Source: Candidatus Methylomirabilia bacterium (GTDB lineage: Bacteria > Methylomirabilota > Methylomirabilia > Rokubacteriales > CSP1-6). From it: DNA of 56,695 nucleotides. Within the stretch, counting starts at the first letter, position 1, and each line of letters begins with the position of its first letter. A model generated the notes under the pieces. It ran no database searches, was not told the DNA's origin, and saw nothing but the letters and a program-made list of their open reading frames with translations. Below, piece by piece: positions 48,842 through 56,695 of this stretch. The stretch spans positions 1 to 56,695 of the forward strand of contig JBGQEL010000019.1 in NCBI GenBank assembly GCA_041496385.1, read 5' to 3'. The position numbers were made by a program, and so were the translations under genes.

Positions 48842-50455
48842 ATGGGCGTCCGGGGCGCCGACCTCGTCGTGGACGCGCTGGCGGCGGCCGGCGTCGTACG
48901 GCTCTTCTCGCTCTCGGGCAATCAGATTTTGCCGATCTACGACGCGACCGTGGGGCGCGGCATCGAGATCGTCCACACGCGTCACGAGGCGGCCGCGGTC
49001 CACATGGCCGACGCGTGGGGGCGCCTCACCGAGCAGCCGGGCGTCGCCCTCGTCACCGCGGGGCCCGGGCATCTCAACGCGCTCTCCGCCCTCTACGGCG
49101 CCCTCATGGCGGAGTCGCCGGTGGTTCTCCTCTCCGGGGCGTCGCCGCTCGCCCAGGCCGGCCGGGGCGCGTTCCAGGAGGTGGACCAGGTCGCCGCGGC
49201 GCGGCCGGTGACGAAGGCGGCGTGGCTCGCCACCGACGCCGCGCGGCTCGGCGAGGACGTGGCGCGGGCGCTCGCGCTCGCGCGGAGCGGCCGGCCCGGA
49301 CCCGTTCACGTGAGCCTGCCGGGCGACCTTCTCGAGACCCGCGTGGACCGGGCCCGCGGCCCGGCCAACGCCGCGCCCATCGACGAGCCGCAGCTCGACC
49401 CGTCGAGCCTGGCCCAAACGCTCGACATGCTCGCCACGGCAACGCGCCCGCTGATCCTCCTGGGTCCCGCGATGGCGCGCGGGCGCCGCCGCGCGGCCGT
49501 CCGGCGATTCGGCGAGATCACCGGGATCCCGGCTCTCGCCATGGAGAGCCCGCGCGGGACCAACGACCCGTGGCTCCACGGCGCGGCGGCGCTCCTCGGC
49601 GAGGCCGATCTGGTGATGCTCCTGGGCAAGACGCTCGACTTCGCCGTGAAGTTCGGCGAGCCGCCCGCCTTCGCCATCTCGTGTCGGTTCATCCAGATAG
49701 ATGCGGACGCGGGCGCCCTGCTCGGCAGCGGCCGCTCGGCGCTTGCGATCCACGCGGAGCCGGGCCTCGCGATCGAGCGGCTCGGCGTGGCGGCGTCGGG
49801 GCGGCGCGGCTGGCCGCACGCCGACTGGGGAGCCGAGGTCGCGCGGGCCCGCCGCGCATGGCCCTCGGGCTGGGAGGAGACGTCCCAATCGTCGCGATGG
49901 CCTATGCATCCGCTCCGAGTCTGCGCGGCGGTCCAGCCCTATCTGGAGCAGGGTGCCATCCTCGTCGCGGACGGCGGTGAGTTCGGCCAGTGGGCGCAGG
50001 CGGGACTGGAAGCGGAGACACGGCTAATCAACGGTCCGTCGGGCTCGATCGGAAGCGCGCTGCCCATGGCGCTGGCCGCGCGGCTCGCCGAGCCCGGGCG
50101 GCAGGTCCTCGCCCTCCTGGGCGACGGAACCTTCGGCTTCCACGCCCTCGAGCTCGACACCGCGCTTCGCCATAGGCTTGCGGTCGTCGCGCTGGTCGGC
50201 AGCGATGCTCGCTGGAACGCCGAACACCAGCTTCAGCTCCGCCACTACGGCGTCCATCGCACGGTCGGCTGCGAGCTGCTCCCGTCACGCTATGACCTGG
50301 TCGCGCAGGCGCTCGGAGGCCACGGCGAGCACGTCGAGCGTCCGGAGGAGCTGGAGGGCGCGCTCGCGCGAGCCGTCGCCTCGGGGCTCCCCGCGTGCGT
50401 CAACGTCGTCATCGACGGCGTCGCGGCGCCGACCTACGCGACGCGCGGTCACTGA
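48842..50455 (+). CDS. ThDP-dependent enzyme (acetolactate synthase-like family)
   Basis: TRHEAAAVHMADAW, TAGPG, PGPVHVSLP, GDGTFGF. Confidence 0.92.
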   Translation: MGVRGADLVVDALAAAGVVRLFSLSGNQILPIYDATVGRGIEIVHTRHEAAAVHMADAWGRLTEQPGVALVTAGPGHLNALSALYGALMAESPVVLLSGASPLAQAGRGAFQEVDQVAAARPVTKAAWLATDAARLGEDVARALALARSGRPGPVHVSLPGDLLETRVDRARGPANAAPIDEPQLDPSSLAQTLDMLATATRPLILLGPAMARGRRRAAVRRFGEITGIPALAMESPRGTNDPWLHGAAALLGEADLVMLLGKTLDFAVKFGEPPAFAISCRFIQIDADAGALLGSGRSALAIHAEPGLAIERLGVAASGRRGWPHADWGAEVARARRAWPSGWEETSQSSRWPMHPLRVCAAVQPYLEQGAILVADGGEFGQWAQAGLEAETRLINGPSGSIGSALPMALAARLAEPGRQVLALLGDGTFGFHALELDTALRHRLAVVALVGSDARWNAEHQLQLRHYGVHRTVGCELLPSRYDLVAQALGGHGEHVERPEELEGALARAVASGLPACVNVVIDGVAAPTYATRGH

Positions 50456-50520
50456 TCCACCGCAGCCGACACCCGAGGGGTATCAGCCGCTCGCAGCGGT
50501 GGCGTGGACTACAATCACCC

Positions 50521-51768
50521 ATGCGCTCGTGTCTCGCCGCCACGCTCCTCGTCCTCCTCTCGTGCGCCGGTGCTGCGCGCGCAGAGACGCTCGATGAGGT
50601 TCTGAGGACTCACGGCATCGCGCTGCCGCCGGGCGCCGTACCGCACCTGGACCGCACGGTCGGCGCCCACCAGATGCTGGACGACGCCCGTGATCTTCTC
50701 GTCGTCTATACGCTGGGCGCCGGCCAGGCCGCGCGGATCCACGCCACGCGTTTCGATCGCCGGTCGCGCGCCTGGAAGAGCGCGCGGCTCGAATGGCGCG
50801 GCAGTGCCCTCGACTCGAACGCGTGTGGGGGGCGCCTCACCATCGAGCGGTTCGCGATCGGCTTTCTGGTGAGGGCGCATGTGGGTCCCTCGGCGCAGTG
50901 CACGATCGCCCTCGGCCACGACCTCGCGGTCCGCGGCGTCCTCGCCGGCTGGCCCCTCGCGAAGCTCAGCGGCGGGCGGGTCGTGTATCAGCAGAACCCG
51001 GCCTCGCCGGGGCCGGCGCATCCCACGGTGCTCGCGCTCTTCGATCCCCTGAGTCCCGACGCGAGCTTCGCGCTCCATCCGCGCGAGCCGTACCAGCCGG
51101 CGCGGAGGGAGCACATCGCGCGCATACGTGTCGCGTACACCGAGGCCTGGTGCCGCGCGCGGAACCATCCGTGCGATCCCGAGCTGTTCGACGAGCGCCT
51201 CGTGGGCGACGTGGCGGCGGACGCGGCCGGCGACGCGCTCGCGTTCGCCGTCCAGTGGGACAACACGGCGGGCTGGAGCGACACGGAGCGCTGGGGCCGG
51301 CTCGAGGCGTTCCGGGAAACGCGGGCGGCGCTCGCGGAATGGGACGGACGGGGCGCGCCCCCCTCCACCCTCGACGAGGGCCTCCACGCGGGTCTCGCAC
51401 GCGTGAGGGCGATCGGGCGTGAGGCGGACGTCCTGGCAGCGCTCGACGGCGACTCCGTCCTCCGCGAGCTCGTTGGCGCAGCGCTCGCGTCGACGCCGCC
51501 GCGCGGCCAAGACCCGCGCGCGTGGCTGATCGGGCTCGACGCACGCTGGGCCGACGGCGAGATCTGGCGGCGACTGGGGCGTGCGGTCACGGTGCCCGAC
51601 GAGTCGACCGAGGTGATCTACGTGTACTCGGGCCTTCGCACGCCCGACCGACTGCGCTACCGGGAAATGCTCCGCCGTGACTTCGACGCGCGCTTCGGCT
51701 CGATCTCGCTCAGCCGCGCCCTCGAGCCCGAGGTCCTTCGACGGATTTTCGCCGCGGGCCCGGGTTAG
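50521..51768 (+). CDS. Exported hypothetical protein
   Basis: Signal peptide ending ARA-ET; ATG 5 nt after TACAAT. Confidence 0.7.
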   Translation: MRSCLAATLLVLLSCAGAARAETLDEVLRTHGIALPPGAVPHLDRTVGAHQMLDDARDLLVVYTLGAGQAARIHATRFDRRSRAWKSARLEWRGSALDSNACGGRLTIERFAIGFLVRAHVGPSAQCTIALGHDLAVRGVLAGWPLAKLSGGRVVYQQNPASPGPAHPTVLALFDPLSPDASFALHPREPYQPARREHIARIRVAYTEAWCRARNHPCDPELFDERLVGDVAADAAGDALAFAVQWDNTAGWSDTERWGRLEAFRETRAALAEWDGRGAPPSTLDEGLHAGLARVRAIGREADVLAALDGDSVLRELVGAALASTPPRGQDPRAWLIGLDARWADGEIWRRLGRAVTVPDESTEVIYVYSGLRTPDRLRYREMLRRDFDARFGSISLSRALEPEVLRRIFAAGPG

Positions 51769-51774
51769 GGCAGC

Positions 51775-54700
51775 TTACGGGAGCAGCCCGAAGACCGTCA
51801 GCTGCGTCGTGGCTCCGACGAAGACCTTGCCGTTCGCGACCAGCGGAGCCGTGAACCTCGGTCCGGGGTCCAGCGCGTCGCGAGCCCCGGATTCGCTGCT
51901 GTTGTAGAGCTCGTTACCGAGATTGCTCGCGTCGTAGGCGCGGAGCACGGCCGGCGCCGAGGCGCCGTTGCGCTGCACCGCCCACAGGATGCCGTTGCTG
52001 GCGCCGTTGGCCGAGACCGTGAGCGAGCCGCCCGGATAGGAAAAGATCTGCGTGGACCTGGACACCGGTGCCGTGGACAGGAGCCCGCTGGTCAACCGGA
52101 AGGCCTGAAGCGCATCGGCGACCGGGCTGAAGTAGACGACCCCGTTGAAGTAGACCGGTGGACTGTAGTTGCCCGGCTCCGGCGTGCCGTTGGGGAAGAT
52201 GTTCACGAGCGACTGGACGATCTGGTTGTCGTTGTTGGGGTTGTAGTGCCCCATGTTGTCGCGATCGACGAGATGGATGGTTTGATTCTTGCCCGCACCG
52301 ACCAGCAGGTGCGGGTGAGTACCGCTCTGGTCCGGCAGCAGCAGGGGATTGCTCGACGCGAGATCGGCATTGGCCGACTCGAGGCTCGCCTGGTTGTGCG
52401 GCGTGAAGTAGTCAACGACCGCGCCGCCGGGGCTGAGCTTCACGAAACTGTCCCCGTAGTCACTGCCCCCCGCATTCGCGGTGAACCATCCGTTGCCGGT
52501 CATGAAATAGACGGCCCCGGCGGCGTCGGCAGCCAGGCCTCCGCCACTCATCCAGATGCCACCACCATAGGTATCGGGACTTACGTTGAACGCGAAGACC
52601 TGCTGGAGGGTCGACGCACTGTACGCCAGGACCCAGCCATGCCACGGCACGTTGTCTCCGTGACTCGCGAATGCGAGATAGACGTTTCCGTTGGCGAGTA
52701 GCAGCCCGGGCCGCTGGTTCGCCAGCAGCGGGTGGAAGGGCACCCGGCCACCCACCGCGCCATCCCCGGTCCCCGGCACGCTCGCCTGAATCACGACCGG
52801 GCCTCCGAACTTCTCTGCCCCCGTCGTGATGTCGAGGGCGTGGAGCCTCTGGACGTAGTTCGTCGCCTCCTTCGTCTTCGCCACGACGTACAGCGTGCCC
52901 GTCGCCGGGTCGATCACCGGAGTACCGGTGATTCCAATCTCGGGGGCGATGTCGCAGCACTCCCCCGTGTCTAACGCCGGCACCGCCGTCACCCCGGCCG
53001 CCGGATTGATGAAGCTCACCTGCCACAACGGCGTCGCGCTCAGGCCGTCCGCGTCGAAGGCGTACACCGTGTCGTGCTGCGTCGCCACGTAGACGACGTT
53101 GTGAAATCCCCGCCCGGGCAGGTTCACGTTCGCCACATAGAGCGGCGACGCATACGCGATCCCGTCGAGCGGGTACGAGAAGAGCTTGCCGAAGATCGCC
53201 GCATCCACGTTGTTGGGGGTCAGCACCGTCTCGTTGAGGTTTTGGCCCGTCCTGGAGTTGTCGTTGTGATGCGTATACACCCCGGGAAGGCCGGTGACGT
53301 ACACGGTCGCATTCACCGACGGCCCCGACAGCGACGCCGTCACCGTGTGCGACCCGACAGCGCTCGGTGGTGTATAGAGGCCACCCGCGGTGATCGTCCC
53401 GCTGCCGGCCGATCCGCCGACGATCCCATCCACCGACCAGATTGCGCCAGCGAGGCTGGTCGCGAACTGCTGAGCTTGCGTGAAGGTCAGCACCGACACG
53501 CGCGGGTTGATCGACACGCCGGCGACGGCCTGCGCCACGTTCGAGTAGGGTCCGAGATTGAGTGCCGCGTCCGTCGCCCGCACCCGGTAGCTGTACCCCG
53601 TCCCCGCCACGAGGCTCGTGTCGCTGTACGTCGTGGCCGTCCCGACCGCCGTCCCGATCTGTGCAAACGTACAACTCGCCGTCACGCACCGCTCCACCAG
53701 ATACCCCGTCACGAACACGTTGTCCGTCGCCCCGGTCCAGTTCAGGCCGATCTGGCCGCCGCTCGCCGCCGCCGTCAGGCTCGTCGGGGCCGTCGGCGCC
53801 TGCGTGTCCGGCGTCCCCGGCCCCACCCCCGTGCTCATGTCTGCCTGGATCTGCGCCGCCGTCAGCGCCACGTTGTACACACGCACCTCGTCGATCATCC
53901 CCTCGAAATACTGCCCGTAGATGTTGTCGCCCCCGATCCCCAGGGGGTTCGACGACGCTGTGATCGCTCCGGTCCGCGCCAGACTCGACACCTGCACCCC
54001 GTTCACGTACAGCCGCACGGCCGCCCCATCGTATGTCACCGCGAGGTGCGACCACGTGTTCGCGGCCGGCGCCGCCGTCCCGAACACCGTTCCGAACGTC
54101 CCGCCGGCACCGGGCACACCGCCAGAGCTTGTCGACGTCGCCTCCAGATAGTAGTTGTCGTCACCCTTGTAGATCACGTCCCGCCACGCGGTGTTCACCG
54201 CCGACGGGTTCACCCACGCCTCCAGCGTCATCCCCGTCGCCAGCCGCAGCGAGGGCGCGTCGTTGACCGTCACCCGCGCGCTCGTCCCGTTGAACACCAG
54301 CGCGCTCCCGAACTTGCCCGCCGCCGTCCACGTCGCCCCCGTGATCGTTCCCGTGTTCCCGTTCCCCGAGGCGTCCGCCACCGTCGTCCCTGTTCCCTCG
54401 TTGAACGAGTAGGCTGCCACCAATCCCGAAGTCGTCCCGGGCGTCGTCGCGCTCGCGACGTCCGAGTACGGCCCCAGGTTGCCCGCGGCGTCCGTGGCCT
54501 GCAGGTGATAGCTGTAGCTCGTATTCGGTGTCAGCCCGTTGCCGCTGTAGGTCGTCCCCGTCGGGTACCCCATCCGCGTATAGTCCGTGCACCCGACACC
54601 CTGACAGCGCTCCAGCCGGTATTCGGTCACTCCCACGTTGTCCGTCGCCGCCGTCCAGCTCAGATTGATCTGGGTCCCGCTCACCGCCGTCGCCACCAGA

Positions 54701-56695
54701 TTCGTCGCCGCCGTCGGAGCCTGCGTGTCCGGCGCCAGCGTCGTCGCGCTCGCCACGATCGAGTACGACCCCAGGTTTGGCACCGCGTCCGTCGCCCGTA
54801 CCCGGTAGCTGTACCCTGTTCCCGCCGCGAGTCCCGCGTCGCCGTACGTCGTCGCCGTCCCTGGTGTCGTCCCGATCTGCGCGAAGGTGCACGTCGGGTT
54901 GGGCTGGCACCGCTCCAGCAGGTACCCCGTCACTCCCACGTTGTCCGTCGCCGCCGTCCAGCTCAAGTTGATCTGGCCCCCGCCCACCGCCGTCGCCACC
55001 AGGTTCGTCGGAGCCGTCGGCGCTTGCGTGTCCGCGGGCGGCGTGCCGCCGACCGGGGTGGCCATGTCCGCCTGGATCTGCGCCACCGTCAGCGGCCGGT
55101 TGTAGATCCGTACCTCATCGATCCACCCCTGGAAGTACTCCCCGAAGGCGTCCGCCCCGATCTGCAGCGTCCCCGTCGTCGCCCCCAGCGGCGCCGTCTG
55201 CGCCTGGCTCGCCACCTGCGCCCCGTTCACGTACAGCCGCAGCGTCGCCCCGTCGAGCGTCGACGCCAGGTGCGTCCACGTGTTCACCGCCAGCACCGCG
55301 GTCCCGAAAATGTTCCGGTTGCCGCTCGTGAACGTGCCCCCGACCCCCGGCAGGTTCCCCGGCGATCCCGCCAGCAGGTAATACCCGTCCGAGTTCTTGG
55401 CGATCACCGCCCGCCAGTACGCCGGCGTCACCGTCGGGTATACCCACGCCTCCAGCGTCATCCCCGTCGTCAGCCGCAGCGAGGACGCGTCGTTGACCGT
55501 CACCCGCGCGCTCGTCCCGTTGAACACCAGCGCGTTCCCAACCTTCCCCGCCGTCGTCCACGTCGCCCCGCTGATCGTCCCCGTGTTGCCGTTCCCCGAG
55601 GCGTCCGCCACCGTCGTCCCCGTCCCCTCGCCGAACGCGTAGGCCGCCACCAGGCCGGTGGCCACCGCGTTCGCCACCGTCACCGACACGCCCGCCGATA
55701 CCATCGTGTTTCCCGCCGCGTCGCGCGCGCGCGCCGTCAGCGTGTGCGGTCCGTTCGTCACGCTCGCCGTGTTCCAGGACACGGAGTAGGGCGCCGTCGT
55801 GCCTTCCGCCCCCAGCACCGCGCCGTCCACAAGGAACTGCACCCCCACCACCCCGATGTTGTCCGAGGCGTTCGCCGTCACCGCCACCGTCCCGGACACC
55901 GTCGCCCCGGCCGCCGGCGCGGTGAGCGTCACGGTCGGTAGACTCGCGTCATACGTCACCGTCAGCGTGCCCGTCCCCGTGTTCCCCGCCGCGTCCCGCG
56001 CCGTCACCGTCACCACGTTGGTCCCCGGCTGCAACGTGATCCCCGGCGCCGACCAGGCCGTCGTGCCCGTCGCGGTGCCGCTGCCCCCGGCGCTGTTCAT
56101 CCAGCTGACCTGCGTGACGCTGACGTTGTCCCCGGCCGTGCCGCCCAGGGTCAAGGGACTGACGTTCGTCGTGTAGCTTACCGCCGACGTGGGCGCCGTG
56201 ATCGCCACCGTCGGCACCGTCGTGTCAGGCACCGTGTACGTCACCGTCAGCGTGCCCGTCCCCGTGTTCGCCGCCGCGTCCCGTGCCGTCACCGTCAGCA
56301 CGTTGGTCCCCGGCTGCAACGTGATCCCCGACGCCGACCAGGCCGTCGTCCCGACCGCCGTCCCGGTCCCCACGCGGTTGTTCGCCCACGTCACCTGCGT
56401 CACGCCGATGTTGTCCGTCGCCGTGCCCCCGAGCCCCAGCGGACTGCTCGCCGTGCTGTAGGTCCCCGTGTCCGTCGGCGTCGTGATCGCGACGGTCGGC
56501 GCACTCGCGTCGTACGTCACCGTCAGCGTGCCAGTCCCCGTGTTCCCCGCCGCATCCCGCGCCGTCACCGTCAGCACGTTGGTCCCCGGCTGCAACGTGA
56601 TCCCCGGCGCCGACCAGGCCGTCGTGCCCGTCGCCGTGCCGCTGCCCCCGGCGCTGTTCACCCAGCTGACCTGCGTGACACCGACGTTGTCCCCG
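51775..56695 (-). CDS. Large surface protein (5' end outside window): Ig repeats, 2 LamG, 3 FN3, C-terminal PQQ-like beta-propeller
   Basis: TVTARDAAGN Ig repeats; LEAWV..IDEVRIYN LamG; DTQAPTAP..LSWTAATDN FN3; HNDNSRTGQN..GITGTPVID..GGIWMSG C-terminus. Confidence 0.9.
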   Translation of the reverse strand, partial: GDNVGVTQVSWVNSAGGSGTATGTTAWSAPGITLQPGTNVLTVTARDAAGNTGTGTLTVTYDASAPTVAITTPTDTGTYSTASSPLGLGGTATDNIGVTQVTWANNRVGTGTAVGTTAWSASGITLQPGTNVLTVTARDAAANTGTGTLTVTYTVPDTTVPTVAITAPTSAVSYTTNVSPLTLGGTAGDNVSVTQVSWMNSAGGSGTATGTTAWSAPGITLQPGTNVVTVTARDAAGNTGTGTLTVTYDASLPTVTLTAPAAGATVSGTVAVTANASDNIGVVGVQFLVDGAVLGAEGTTAPYSVSWNTASVTNGPHTLTARARDAAGNTMVSAGVSVTVANAVATGLVAAYAFGEGTGTTVADASGNGNTGTISGATWTTAGKVGNALVFNGTSARVTVNDASSLRLTTGMTLEAWVYPTVTPAYWRAVIAKNSDGYYLLAGSPGNLPGVGGTFTSGNRNIFGTAVLAVNTWTHLASTLDGATLRLYVNGAQVASQAQTAPLGATTGTLQIGADAFGEYFQGWIDEVRIYNRPLTVAQIQADMATPVGGTPPADTQAPTAPTNLVATAVGGGQINLSWTAATDNVGVTGYLLERCQPNPTCTFAQIGTTPGTATTYGDAGLAAGTGYSYRVRATDAVPNLGSYSIVASATTLAPDTQAPTAATNLVATAVSGTQINLSWTAATDNVGVTEYRLERCQGVGCTDYTRMGYPTGTTYSGNGLTPNTSYSYHLQATDAAGNLGPYSDVASATTPGTTSGLVAAYSFNEGTGTTVADASGNGNTGTITGATWTAAGKFGSALVFNGTSARVTVNDAPSLRLATGMTLEAWVNPSAVNTAWRDVIYKGDDNYYLEATSTSSGGVPGAGGTFGTVFGTAAPAANTWSHLAVTYDGAAVRLYVNGVQVSSLARTGAITASSNPLGIGGDNIYGQYFEGMIDEVRVYNVALTAAQIQADMSTGVGPGTPDTQAPTAPTSLTAAASGGQIGLNWTGATDNVFVTGYLVERCVTASCTFAQIGTAVGTATTYSDTSLVAGTGYSYRVRATDAALNLGPYSNVAQAVAGVSINPRVSVLTFTQAQQFATSLAGAIWSVDGIVGGSAGSGTITAGGLYTPPSAVGSHTVTASLSGPSVNATVYVTGLPGVYTHHNDNSRTGQNLNETVLTPNNVDAAIFGKLFSYPLDGIAYASPLYVANVNLPGRGFHNVVYVATQHDTVYAFDADGLSATPLWQVSFINPAAGVTAVPALDTGECCDIAPEIGITGTPVIDPATGTLYVVAKTKEATNYVQRLHALDITTGAEKFGGPVVIQASVPGTGDGAVGGRVPFHPLLANQRPGLLLANGNVYLAFASHGDNVPWHGWVLAYSASTLQQVFAFNVSPDTYGGGIWMSGGGLAADAAGAVYFMTGNGWFTANAGGSDYGDSFVKLSPGGAVVDYFTPHNQASLESANADLASSNPLLLPDQSGTHPHLLVGAGKNQTIHLVDRDNMGHYNPNNDNQIVQSLVNIFPNGTPEPGNYSPPVYFNGVVYFSPVADALQAFRLTSGLLSTAPVSRSTQIFSYPGGSLTVSANGASNGILWAVQRNGASAPAVLRAYDASNLGNELYNSSESGARDALDPGPRFTAPLVANGKVFVGATTQLTVFGLLP
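55950..56695 (-). repeat. Tandem ~280-bp Ig-domain coding repeats (about 3 copies visible)
   Basis: Near-identical blocks at ~55959, ~56244 and ~56520. Confidence 0.85.

Overview
Very GC-rich bacterial DNA. The gene content and repeat families suggest Ca. Rokubacteria/Methylomirabilota, but this is inference. From left to right: a pncB-trpC-trpF unit followed by a 42-bp direct repeat; a ~29.5 kb minus-strand, tightly translationally coupled Wzx/Wzy polysaccharide locus; a divergent htrA; and housekeeping or unknown genes. The polysaccharide locus holds wza, an ExeA-like ATPase, a degenerate HD-GYP protein, a degenerate NucS-fold protein, wzc, wzy, kdsC, wzx, 9 GTs, asnB, a PHP-like protein, wbqC, PIG-L, DegT, wecA and galU. 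Next come tRNA-Thr(CGT) with a ~4.1 kb decayed island, small-molecule enzymes, and the 3' part of a giant Ig/LamG/FN3/beta-propeller surface protein. Two things stand out. (1) The Wzc tyrosine kinase continues past its Tyr cluster into a third TM helix, a Pro-rich linker and SPOR-like domains, and sits behind a module of apparently inactivated enzymes. (2) The island is flanked by a 25-bp duplication of the 5' (D-arm) part of the tRNA rather than the usual 3' end, and it appears to supply a new tRNA promoter. All calls come from reading the sequence; no searches were run.
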